DNA from: Lingula anatina
Lineage: Eukaryota; Animalia; Brachiopoda
DNA length: 64,000 bases
Direction of reading: 5' to 3'
Assembly: GCA_051362555.1 (NCBI GenBank)
Contig: CM120647.1
Coordinates: 15,476,651 to 15,540,650 of the forward strand
The notes beneath the pieces were generated by a model, which ran no database searches, had not been told where the DNA came from, and saw nothing but the letters and a program-made list of their open reading frames with translations. The position numbers were made by a program, and so were the translations under genes. Below, one piece after another: positions 39,140 to 52,159 of the stretch; positions within the stretch are counted from its first letter, which is position 1; each line of letters opens with the position of its first letter.

Positions 39140-42100
39140 TTTATATATATAGTTTATTTATTAAAGTGTCGCATATTCTTAAAACATAAAATACAAAAAC
39201 AATATAAAGTAAACTACTAATTAAAAGAATACCCAGCCATATTTGGCTTATGAGACACAGTTAAAAGATTTCCGTCTTTTAAACATTTTAAAAACTGTCT
39301 TAGCTAATAAAAACTGGTATTCGCAATTCATAATAAAAACAAATTTTTCTGTATCACTATAATTGCTAAAACATGGATTAAGATAGTGACATTGATCTAA
39401 AAGTTCTTGTCGTAAATATGAATAAAAAGGACATATTAACAGAAAGTGAATCTCATCTTCTGTATTTTTTCTATCGCAATAAAAACATAGTCTTTCATTT
39501 AAAAGGGGTTCGTATAAAACGGCCAGATTCTACATGTAAAGGTAGACTGCCACAGCGCAACTTAGCTAAAACGCTACGGTAAGGTCTCGGCATTGCACAG
39601 TGAAGATATGTCTCCGTTTTCAAATCTTTTTTGAAGGATCTATAATGCCTCAGTTTATTTCCATTGGGGTTTCCTTTGTCATTCCACAATTTACAAAACC
39701 ATTTCTGTTCGTAAAATTGAAAAAGAGACCTTCTAATTTCTTTTTTAGTGTTTTTAAATACATAAGACTCATTGCTTAACATGCTGTTCAGTTTATACTG
39801 TGTGAGAAGTTTAATGGTTTTCACACCCCAAGAGCGTTTCTACTTTACTGACCAATTAAAAACTTTACTTAAAAAGCGGCCGATGTTTATATTTTTAAGT
39901 CTACAATAGTATCTGAACACTTCTATGTGTTGAATAGCTAGGCTAGGCATCCACCCCATGTCACCCTGCTTTGCCACATTAGACGTCGTTTTGGTTACGC
40001 CAAGGAAGATACGCATTGCGCGAGTTTGAACATTGTTGACAAATCGGTATTCTTTTTGTCCCCATAATGACGCACAGTACATTAAAACTGGTTCTACTGA
40101 AGACTTATATAGTTGTGTGAAAACGGCATAAGTCATGCCACAGCTTTCAAAATATTTTGCTGTCAAGACGCCAAGTGATCTACTGGCTGCTTTGGCCAGT
40201 TCCCTTACAGCATACGTTAAGTCCAGGTGTTCTGTTAACCAAATGCCAAGATATTCATATTTATCGACCATTTCAAGTCTTTGCTTTCCACTCCACTCAA
40301 AGTTAGATTTTTCAAATGATTTTGCACGAAAATGAATCACATTCGTTTTTGATGAATTAAGCTGAAGTTTCCATTTGTAGCAACAAGCAGAAACAAGGTC
40401 CAGCATTTTCTGAAGATTGTCTTCATTTTCAGCTACGACAACAATATCATCAGCATACATAAGAAGGTTAATTGTTGTTCCATCGATGTCAATACCAAGA
40501 TTTGCCTCACGCAAAGAGTCTGCTAGGTCATTTATATAAATCCCAAATAATGCTGGCGACAGCAAACATCCTTGCATGACACCACGTGTAATTTTAAAAG
40601 GTTCGGTTAATGACCCATTTAGTCGTATACGGGCGGTGACATCGTCATACATGGATATGATTGCTTGGAAAAAGCAACCATTTATCCCCAGTTGTTTCAG
40701 TTTAAACCACAAGCAATCCCTATTTAAACTGTCAAACGCCCTTTGCAGGTCAATAAAGCAGGCAAAAGTTTGCTTGTTAGATTTTATTCTGTTATCTAAG
40801 ATGCTATGTAAGGTGTGGACATGATCCTCGCAGCTCCTGTCCTTTCTGAAGCCGTTTTGTTCATCCGCCAAGTAGGGCGTACTCTCAAACCACGTAGTTA
40901 AGCGTTTATTAAATATATCGCCGTAAATCTTGCACGGTACTGAAATTAGTGTTATACCTCGGTAAGTTAGAGGTTTATGTGGGTCCGTCCCATTTGGTTC
41001 TACTATTGGATTCAGCAATCCGGTTTTCCAAATATCTGGGACTACGCCTTTTTCGAAGCATGCACTGATTATCTTATGCAAAATCTCGACGCAAACTTCA
41101 TTCTCTAATGCTTCTGCCGGGATTGCATCAATGCCGGCAGCCTTACGCATTTAAGTATTCTTTACTGCCTCCGCAACTTCATCTCGTCGTATTGGTTGGT
41201 TCAGGATATTTGCATCGTACATGGGATGGAAGTCATCGTTTTTAAGCATGCTGAGAATTGTACTGTAATGATTTTCATCAAAATCCGTGGTATTATTATT
41301 TACATTGTATAAACACTCATACTGGGATCTCCATTCGTTCATTATCCATTCCTGTTAGGAGAGAGCCGTCGCGGTCTATCACCTCAGTTGGGATTTTACA
41401 TTTTCTGTTATTTGCAATGCCGATTTTCCCTATGTCTCTCCAAAATCCCTGAGAGTTAGAAATTAATGTATCATGCATCTCCATCTGCTTATTCCGTTGG
41501 TAATTACGCTTGTATTTTCTATGGAGCCTGTCGAAACTCTTGCGCTCGATACAACATACAGATTTCAAAGTATTTTTACGTTGAGGCGTCGGACATTTTA
41601 ACCAAGCTCGTTCCGCATCGCAGGTTTTATTCCACTGATTTTGTAATTCATCATTCCAATAGGGTTTTGATTTCGATTTGTGACGTTTTGCATTTCTATG
41701 GCTTTGTCGTAACAAACCACTTTTCTTCAATTCATCGTGTAAATAGTGTTCAAATTCTGCGTACGCCGCATTGACATCGTTTCGATTTTCTAGTTGATAC
41801 TCGATGCGATTCATACATTCGTGAAGTTGTTCGCACGCTCCTTTTCTTGTGCATAAGAAATTGTCGGGGAAATTATTAATGTTAATAACACAGGGATTTT
41901 CTTCATTTGGTTCATCTAATACTGGTAGTTTTACACCAGATTTTCTCAGGTCAATCGTCCAGTTTAACAAAGAATGATCAGGTACTGATAGAGGCGTTGA
42001 AAGCTGGAGTTCTGATATTAAGTCTGACATTGTATGTATCTGAAAGTCCTCGTATAGGGATAATTGTTCATGAGGTGCTAACACATAGTCCACGACTGAC

Positions 42101-44200
42101 CTCCCTTTCGTGGAGATACAAGTAAATGTGTTGCTTTTTCCAATTCGGCCATTTAACATGCATATATTACAGTCCACACAAATATCAATTAATTGGTCAC
42201 CAAAGCCGTTTTCGGTGCAGTCAACATTTTCTCGGTGAGGGATTTCATCCACCCCTTCTATAAAATCACTAAGATTGCCTGTTCGTGCATTAAAATCACC
42301 TCAGATGGTTATAAAACCCACTTTTTGGTATTCATAGAGCTGGCGAGTGAGCGTTGTAAAGAATAAGTGGGAGTCTGAAAGTCTAGAGCTCCCAACTGGG
42401 GGTAGGTAACATATGCACGAGCACATAACAAGATCAGACTGTTTTGCTTGAAACTTAACCCAGAGTATATCATCTACACTATCATCAAGAATACTAACGC
42501 TAAATATGGATAATAATGAACGCTTTATCAAGCATGCTACTTTCAGCGCCCCGCCTGGCTCTAATGTGGGATGATGAACGGTTTTTACTAAGACAGATAA
42601 AATTGTCAATATTAATTATTTCTTCCTTCCTCAGAAAGGTTTCACAGGAACATAAGATATCAAATTTCATTTTCTTCAATACGGTTTGTCTAAAATCAAC
42701 ATTTTCGTTCATATGCGGAGACCACCCGTTGACGTTCCAGAAACCTAGCCGGAGAGAATCCTAGTGGCGACTACTATTATTCCCATTACGGGGGTTATTT
42801 CCTCCGTGATTACGTCTGCTGCTTTCATTCGGATTCGCGGGTTTTTGACGATGTCCATTTTGGCTGCGGTTATTGTAGGGGGCTGGATTAGGGCGTTGGT
42901 CTGGATTTGCGGTTATTTTCTGTATCCGATTTCCCGATAATCTCAATTTATCTCTGCCAACTGCATCCACTATTGCCTTTAGATTTGAGGTCAGAATCCT
43001 TTCTTCCTTGGGCAGATCGTGGTCAAGAAAGACGTTTCTAATGTTCCTTGAATCTTTTAAGTATCTTTTATTTGTCAGAATTTTCTTTTTAGCTTCAACT
43101 GAAGGGCATGTTGCTATCACAACCCCCGGTTTATTTTCATTGAAAGGGGCTTTTCGCATTGCAGATAATATGGTCACATCTCTCAATTTCAAACCATCTC
43201 TTATTAAATCATTTACTTTATTTGTCACGTTTTCGTTTTCTCCAGTAGGTGAATACGGATGACAATGTTTTTTGATCGGTCCCGACCGCTTTTGTTCTCT
43301 TTTACAGCTTCCGCATAGGATTTTTCAAGAGAATGTATGTCTCGCTTCATGGATTCAATTTCCAGATCAAAATCGGTCCTAAATTGATTTACTTCTGTTT
43401 CTATTACTTGCTTGACGCTTCGTGTGACGTGGTCAACAATGCGGGCCTCCAATGTATTAGCGAGAGAATCAATCCTTTTATCAAAATCGTCCTTCATGTT
43501 TTTTATTTCGCTGGTTAAGGAACTGATATTATTTATTAAGGCATCAATCTGATTGCTTTCTGCCCGATTGTTTATCGTTTTCGTATGCGTTTGTATAATT
43601 TTACGGGGACGTCCTCTGCGTTTGGCGGTGGGTTCTTTCTTCTTGCTACCTGTTTTTTATCTGTGATGTCTTGACTAAAATCAGAGTTTTCGTCGAAACT
43701 CAAAGTATCTAGATCTTCCTCCGGATATTCTGAGGTTTGTGTCAAATCAATAGGTGATACTTCAGCTTGTGGGGCTTTTGCGATTATGGGGAAGCGTGTC
43801 TGTTCGCATTGTTTGCACAGCATCAAGTCTCCTTGGCAAAGTTTTACGCAATCGCCGCTTCTCCTTCCTGGGCATTCACCCTCAGATAGACCTTCGCATC
43901 TCATTGTGCTGATAATTGAGTGAACAGTTACTATGCAGGTAACGTTATTACAATGCAGGTGAGTAGATGTACACAGGTAGCTGGTGAATAGAAATCACTT
44001 CCAGCTAGGGTCAACAAAGAACAGACAAAGTTTCAAATATTTCGTCCACAATACCTCGCAAAGACGTGGCATGCACTTCTAATAGACCCCAGTCACCTTA
44101 GAAAGATGTTGATCAAATTTCAAATGTCTCCACTGTTCAGAAGTTGCAACAAATCCAGAAAAAAAGTCTGCGTAAATCAACCAGCTTCTTTTCACCTACT
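39140..44200 (-). mobile_element. Near full-length, frameshifted non-LTR retrotransposon (ORF1 plus APE-RT-CCHC ORF2; RTE-X/CR1-superclade-like, clade uncertain)
   Basis: ORF1 pieces 43904-43572 (Cys-rich N-terminus), 43497-43225 (coiled coil) and 43228-42761; ORF2 motifs GFWNVNG, GDFNAR, SVVDYVL, PDHS, EQNGFR, FIDLQRAFDS, YADD, and C-terminal CFYC..EDEIHFLLICP; absent from paralogous sites near 1050-1160 and 48120. Confidence 0.9.
39840..41150 (-). pseudogene. Reverse transcriptase domain of the disrupted LINE ORF2
   Basis: 436-aa ORF with YRGITLIS, GVMQGCLLSP and LLMYADD; flanked by in-frame stops and frameshifts. Confidence 0.88.
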
Positions 44201-46061
44201 TATATAAGTGCTATAAGATATCACCTGGAATTCTGACAAAAATAGAATGATAGTATTAAAATTAACAAAGCACAGAGCATACATAGTATTCTGATTCTTT
44301 GTATAGACGCACATTTATTTTTTATCTTTGTTCTAGTTTCTGCATTTTATTTGATAAAGTGACTAACATAGCTACAGACTGAGTTATCATTGTCATAAAA
44401 CCAGGTGCCTCCAATGTTACATTGTATGTAACAGCTTACTTTGCATCTTCTCCAACATGGAAGATAAAATATGAAATAAAAAGATAGATAAATAAATAAA
44501 TAAAAACAACATTTTATGTCAAGAAATAATACTATGAGATATTTTAATGTAAATGAGACTTGAAGAAATATACTAGTATACATGCTTTGTGGACTAGTCT
44601 TCTGTTTTCCTTTCCTTCTGTTTTCCTCGGTACATGTATATGTTCTTTACAGTTGGTGCATGTTTGCATGCACTTTTCAAGTGACGTTTTCGCTCCAATT
44701 CTACCCCTGCACTGCTCTTCTGTGACACCTTTTCCATGAAGCCTACAAGACTGTGTCGCCACCTGTAGGCTGTACTGCCCACATCCCTCATATTCGCCTT
44801 TTTACCTCGTCCCGCCACTGTGGCCGTTAAGTTTTTGGTGCCTGTTTTCAATTTTGGCATATATGGACTTAAAAAGTCGTACCAGAAGAATTTGAAGACA
44901 TCTGCTTTAAAAAGCCCGAAAATTTCATATTTTCGTGACTACAACAACAGTACTTAAGTTAGAAGCTAATGTATGTAGCTTGCTTTAATTCAAGGAATAC
45001 CGAAAGAAATACACGTAGCCAATTTGCAACGAGGTGTTTTTTAAAAGCAGCAATCAGTCTGAGCAGAAAGCCAGGACATGTGCTGGTAGTTAAAATGTAT
45101 ATAAATAACAATATAATAATAGCAGTATGATGATATAGGCCTTCAAAGGTAATGCGTAGGAAATAATTGTGTGCACATCAGCTTTTTCCGATGGGGCAGC
45201 TTCTGAATCTGCATGGAAAAAAGCATGAGATCCGCCGTTGTTGTATATGTAATACTGGTAATAACTCGATTTCTTAGTCTAGCATAGGTAATACATATAT
45301 AACTACTACAATCAGTTGACAAACATAGGCCCAACAACTTTTGTTTTACTCATAACTTACAAATTTGGAATTTTAATTTTCACTATATTTTATTTCTTAT
45401 CTTATTGAAAAATGTTACCAAGCAAAAATTATCAGTATTCAACACGGAAACATACAGAATAACGTCGACTTGAGATATGGTCCTAGCAAGGTATTATCTG
45501 TTTCAAACATTTCCTTAATCATTATTACGTAACGCAACGCAATAAAACAATTACCATTTGTTAAAGCATCTTCCAATGAGTATTACCTGCTTGTTCAAAG
45601 TCCTTCCTGTTTGATGGAATCTACTAGCACATTTATAAATGCACTTCTTTTTATATACAAGTATACAAGCTCCCTTTATTCTGTAATACACACGGGACAA
45701 TTTTGAAAATAAAAAAAAAAAAAAAAACCACGACAAAAAGGGTAATGGTTGCAAAACTGTTTAGGTTGTGAACTAAAGGGAGGAGAAAAAGAAAAAAAAA
45801 TGAGAGAGCGCTTCTGCTTTTAGACGTGGCTTTGACAAATGATAATGCTTTTCTAACGTAACACCGTGTATAAATGATTAAGGGAAGTTTGAAAAGAAAA
45901 TACCTTGCTGGGACCATATGTCATGACAATGTTATTCTGTGTATTTTGGTGAAGACAGATAGAGATTTGCTCACACAGAAACGTATAAATAGCGGCTTGG
46001 GTTGCAAATCTCATCGTAGAGAACTGATCCAGTCTCCTGCTACGACAACTTCTATGGAACA

Positions 46062-46952
46062 ATGAAGTCTTGCGCTCTTCTTGTGCTCTTGGTGCTCTTT
46101 ACCATTGTTGTCATAGAAGGTGAGAGGCACAAAGTATTCATAATGACTTGAAGCAAAGAAAAGAGATATGTCAGAACTGAGACCGAAAACTAGTCAGTCA
46201 GCGAATTACTGATACCATTCCATAGTGAAATTGATAAGAACATGCTTTTTTTGTTCCACTGTATTACTTTACTTTACTAACATTTAGAATTTAGAAATTT
46301 CACTCAAAATAAACACAAATGGTTGTTGAGTAACGTGCTCATAGTTGCCATTTAATTATATTTTATACAGAAATATCCAAGCAACCTAACCATGTAGCAT
46401 TTACATCTGCTCTGATAATTTGTTTCAAAGCATCCAAAGCAAGTTAATTTATATCACTACCATCTGGAAAATTTACGTAAAATATATTCCTCAGGTCTTT
46501 TGAAAATATGCCTATCTTTGCCATTTATATTTAGGTTTAGATACATCCGGGCAATGTAGTGAACCTACGTTCATCTGCTGTGGTAACGTGTGTTCTACCA
46601 GCTTTGGAATTTGCAAGTGCTTTGGAAGGCCACCCAACTGCTACTGTCCGCAAGCTGTAATTGATCACACAAGGTAAAATGTGTTGTGATGAGATTGTTC
46701 ATAACAGTGATTTTTATACCAGCTACATGTTTCACATATAAATGTTGATTATTGTCCAAAGCTTAGACTGCTAAACCGATAAGTAAATTCTGCAAGTCAA
46801 TTTGGTGATATTATTGTGAGAAACCATGAGAGTGAATCATGACTTGTAAAAACACCACCATAAAACTTTTTCATAATAAATATAGTTTGCCAAAAGCTAT
46901 TAATTTAGAGCCCGAAAAGAAATAACAAGATAGACGGTCTTGTAAATTCTAT

Positions 46953-46995
<43 letters not shown>

Positions 46996-47262
46996 GGGGG
47001 AGGGAAGGTGAGGTGACAGGAGCATTCAAGAACCAGGCAGTACGTGTGTATGCCATTTACTCTGATTGCCATATGTGGCGTTTATTTCCATTCACTTTTT
47101 CATATAATATAATGCAATCTATATAATGTGCGTTCAAATAAGTAAATAGAAAAAATAATAAATATCGTATTGTAAATATTCAGTTAAATACAATGGTTCA
47201 TTATTTAAAAGTTAATAATAACAATATGTTTTGTTTGCAGAAGACCCTTCCCTCGAGGGTAA
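46062..47262 (+). CDS. Secreted cysteine-rich peptide, copy F (70 aa, 3 coding exons): MKSCALLVLLVLFTIVVIEDTSG-QCSEPTFICCGNVCSTSFGICKCFGRPPNCYCPQAVIDHTRRPFPRG
   Basis: Exon 1 46062-46119, exon 2 46541-46673, exon 3 47241-47262; TATA 45984; AATAAA 47375-47380. Confidence 0.8.
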
Positions 47263-49667
47263 GCATTACCAGTTGAACATAATGAAGAAAATTGGAAACT
47301 AGTTACTCAGCTAAATGTAAAGTTGCTGTATTTGGACATTTTTGTGGATTTTGAGTTTAACAACATATGGTCATAATAAAGAATGTAGTAAACACGCTGT
47401 ATTTACTGCATTATCAAAACTCTAATTTTACTCTTTTTGTCGTTGTTGAAAATCATTTGAATGCTTAATACGTATATTAAACCAATGGGCAATCCACCAC
47501 TGAAAATCAGAGGCTCTATCATTTATGTCATAAGCATGAATGAAAAGTAAACTTATTAAGATCTCTTTATTAGAACAGAATGCTTTATCCTGTGTTATAG
47601 TTATTTGTGTAACTTAAATATATTGCTGTACAGGAAAAAATATTGATACACAGAAAACTAGCCAAAGCATTTCGAGTACCAAAATGTTTCCAGAACTATT
47701 AAGATTCTTTTGCATTATTTGTCAAATTCCTCGTATAAAAATACTGACTACATTATCATTTCTTGCATTTTATCTACTTCGTGAATGTGATGTCCAAATA
47801 CAAATTTAACATTATTACCCAAGTGCCTCGAGATTTAAGTCTGAACAGAAAAAGTGAAAGATTGTCAAAATTATTTCATATTTTTGTCGAAATTCAGCTC
47901 AATTTAATAAGAAAAAATCTACTTTGTTGCAATAACCAATCAGTTAATGAAAATTTTTGGCTGTAGCCAACAGGGCATTCGCCATATTCGTCAATCAATT
48001 AAGGTCATCACGCTCGCGCCACCGATATCACACTTTTTACGGGATTCATTGGTCAGCTGCGTAATGCACTATTTTCCGCCGAAACCACTCCTGCAGCTGC
48101 GGCAAAAATTAAAACAAAATATGATTTCCAGTTTTTATAAGTGCTATTAGATATCAGCTGGAATTCTGACAAAAATAGAATGATAGTATTAAAATAAACG
48201 AAGCACAGAGCATACATAGTATTCTGATTCTTTGTATAGACGCACATTTATTTTTTTTATCTTTGTTCTAGTTTCTGCATTTTATTTGATAAAGTGACTA
48301 ACATAGCTACAGACTGAGTTATCATTGTCATAAAAACCAGGTGCCTCCAATGTTACATTGTATGTAACAGCTTATTTTAATCACGGATATATCTTCTTAA
48401 ACTTGGCATCTTCTCCATCATGAAAGATAAAATATGAAATTAAAAGATAAATAAATAAATAAATAAAAATAACATTTTATGCCAAGAAATAATACTATGA
48501 GATATTTTAATGCAAATGAGACTTGAAGAAATATACTAGTATATATGTACGTGCTTTAGAACACTGACAAAGATTTTGTGGACTAGTATTCTGTTTTCCT
48601 TTCCTTCTGTTTTCCTCGGTACATGTATATGTAATTTACAGTTGGTGCATTTTCAAGTAACGTTTTTGCTCCAATTCTACCACCGCACTGCTCTTCTGTG
48701 ACACGTTTTCCGCGAAGTCTACAAGACCGTGGTACATGTACCACCTCTAGGCCGTACTGCCCACTTCCCTTATAACCGCCTTTCTACCTCGTTCCGGCAC
48801 TGTGGCCGTTAAGTTGTTGGTGCCTGTCTTCAATTTTGCCATATATGGACTTAAGAAGTCGTACCAGAAGTATTTGAAACACATCTGCTTTAAAAAGACC
48901 GAAAATTTCATATTTTCGTGACTACAACAACAGTACTTAAGTTAGAAGCTAATGTATGTAGCTTGCTTTGATTCAAGGAATACCGAAAGAAATACACGTA
49001 GCCAATTTTCAACGAGGTGTTTTTTGATAGCAGCAATCAGTCTGAGCAGAGGCCAGGACATGTGCTGGTAGTTAAAATGTATATAAATAACAATATAATA
49101 ATAGCAGTATGATGATATAGGCCTTCAAAGGTAATGCGTAGGGAATAATTGTGTGCCCAACAACTTTTGTTTTACTCATAACTTACAATTTTTGAATTTT
49201 AATTTTCACTATATTTTATTTCTTATCTTATTGAAAACTGTTATCAAACAAAAATTATCAGTCTTCAACAAGGAAACATACAGAATAACGTCGACTTGAG
49301 ATGTGGTCCTAGCAATGGAAATTGAATGAAATTGTGATTATCACTTGTATGTAATAAAACTGTTCTTTACACGAAAAAAGGGTAATGGTTGCAAAACTGT
49401 TTAGGTTGAAAACTTAAGGGAGGAGAAAAGGAAAAAAAGAAACGAGAGAGCTCTTCTGCTTCTAGACGTCGCTTTGACAAATTATAACGATTTTCTTGCG
49501 TAACACCGTGTATAAATGATTAAGGAAAACTTGAAACAGAAAATACCTTGCTGGGACCATCTTTCATGACAATGTTATTCTGTGTTTCTTTGTTGAAGAC
49601 TAAATAAATAGCGGCTTGGGTTACAAATCTCATCGTAAAGAACTGATCCAGTCTCTTGCTGGGAACA

Positions 49668-50085
49668 ATGAAGTCTTGCGCTCTTCTTGTGCTTTTTAGA
49701 TTTTTTTTTTCGAGAGAGAGAGAGAGAGAAGGAGAGAAAAATGAGAGTGTCGAGGGACAGAGAAAGCCATGGTGTGCGTGTGTGTGTGTGTGTGTGTGAA
49801 GGAGAGAGATTATATTATCTAATGCAACCATATTATGTTCATTCAATTAACTTAATAGAACAAATGCATATTGAATTGTATATGGTCAGCTTAATGCAAC
49901 GGTTTAATATTTTACAGTTCATATTTACAATATTTTTGTTTTCAGAATAGCCTCCCGTCTAGAGGAAGCATGACCAGTTGAACATACGGAAGAAAACAGG
50001 AAACTAGTCACTCAGATAAATGTAAAGCTGCTGTATTTGGACATTTTTGTGAATTTTATGTTCAACAATAAGTGGTCACAATAAA
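49668..50085 (+). pseudogene. Copy G: deletion derivative with the 5' part of exon 1 fused to the 3' part of intron 2 and exon 3
   Basis: ATGAAGTCTTGCGCTCTTCTTGTGCT at 49668 runs directly into intron-2 sequence (AG/GT microsatellites); exon-3 acceptor at 49944-49945; AATAAA 50080; TATA region partly deleted. Confidence 0.85.
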
Positions 50086-51084
50086 GGTTGTAGTATATAG
50101 ACTGTATTTACTGCATCGTCAAAGCTCAGAATATATTCTTTGTCGTTGTTATAAATCGTTTGAATGCTTAGTACGTTTATTACTTCAATAGTCAATGCAC
50201 TTGAATTTAGAGGTCTATCATTTATTTCATTAACATGAATCAAAAAGTAAACTTATCATGTTCGCTTTATTGAAATCAAAAGCACTAACTTAAGTTATAG
50301 TAATGATGGGCTAATTTTGCGCACAGGTTAGTCATATAAATAAATACATAAATAAATAATTTCGGTTATCACATTATATACCAAGAAATAATGCTAGGTG
50401 ATAACTGTTTGAAAATGGCATTACAAGAAACGAAAAAAATATACTAGTGCAAATTATATGTTCGTGCTGTCGAACACTGACCAAAGGTTTGCAGATGTTT
50501 TCTTCTGGCTTTTTTCACATTCTCTCATTTAAATTTTCTCTAATTTAAAATCATATCAGCCAAAAGCAATACAAAGATAATGCCTTTTGATTTCCTTGGT
50601 ACACATACAGGTACATGTAACTTACTGTTGGTGCATGTTTTCATGTACTTCCCAAGTGACGTTTTTGCTCCAATTCCACCACCGCACTGCTCTTGTGAGA
50701 CACGTTTTCCGCGAAGCCTACAAGAGCGTGTCGCCACCTCTAGGCCATACTGCCCACATCCCTTTGAACCGCCTTAATACCTCACCCCCTTTACTTTATC
50801 CATTAAATTTTGATGCCGGTCTTCAATTTTGCCATATAAGGACATAAGAAGTCGTTCCGAATATATTTGAAATACATCTGTGCTAAAAAGCCCGAAAGCT
50901 CCGTGGATTCATGACTTTCAGAACAGTTTTAAATCATAAACTTATGTATGTAGTTTGCTCTAATTTAAGGAACACCGAAAGATATACACGTAGCCCCTTT
51001 TCAACGAGGCGTTCAATCTGAGCAGAAAACCAGCACATGTGCTGTTTGTTATAATATACATACCTGTATATATATATATTTATA

Positions 51085-51960
51085 TATACAGACTTGACAT
51101 TTAATATGGATTATTTCAAAGATAAACTTGGGTAAAAATGCATTATTTTTTCGAAAACACCCGATCTCATATAATATGTGCATGGTTCTGTCAAAAAATT
51201 ACCCGTATGTCGGCAACTACTGCATAGAAGAATTTGAAATTTCGGCTACAAGAGATCGGATTTGCAGTGAGTAAAATGAGCTAAGCAGTGCTTTACAAAA
51301 TTGTTGATCTGTAGCAGAATTTTGCGAAAAGGCAAACATTGGCAGACAGATCGTTGCTCCAAAAGGAACAGTCTGCAAAGTTTAACAGAGTAATGTCCAG
51401 ACTGGTGTACCTACACAGAGGCTATAGCCAATGTATCAAAATCTTACCACAAGGATACAGGAACCACTGTCTTTCGGGATATGCTGCTGCAACTAAACAA
51501 ATAGCACCCAGTCCGTTCATGAGGGGTAAATTGCCACCAAAACGCGTTTTTCAAGGACGTTAGCGAACGCTAAACTGGTTTTAACAGGTTACTGGTTTAA
51601 ACAAGTTAAAATACCAGGCGACCTCCGAGGAACCCACTGTAAACAGTAAAACACCGTCCTCTGTTTCTCTAATGAATTGGAGACCATGACCGTTTCTGGG
51701 TAGAACACTGAAACCACGTACGAAGCTTACTTTACCGAGGTCAGATTTCACCTGTACTACTCAACTAGCCAAAACAGAGGTTACGAACACCTAGAAGAAG
51801 CTTACGACGAAGCGTGTGCCGCGTCTAAAGTGACCAAAGTCATTGACAGCATCAGTATTTGGAGTGGATACCACATTGGTGCCAAAACACAAATGGTAGT
51901 CATCAATGAAAACCTGAACTAGATCAAATAAAGAAATAATCTGGGAACCACTTGACTATC
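51085..51960 (+). mobile_element. Truncated Tc1-like relic (duplicate of 10210-11085)
   Basis: High visual identity to 10210-11085 with the same truncation point. Confidence 0.6.
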
Positions 51961-52159
51961 ATTGTCACCACTAAGTCATATTGCCCACAACCCTCACAAC
52001 CGCTTGCAACTTTGTGCATGTAACAGCTATAGCGTGCCCATGAAGCAGCATCTAAAAGGATCTTCCTTAGAGACGCTTCCAAGTGTTTTAAAACGAGTGT
52101 CTTTTGTTCCTTGTGTATTCAAGAAGAAAGCATGTACACTTAAAAAGAAGTGATATATA

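Noticed and set aside
39141-44206. TTATATA as the TSD of the 5-kb LINE
   Set aside because: Low-complexity match next to an AT run, and the paralogous empty site suggests a small deletion; not reliable.
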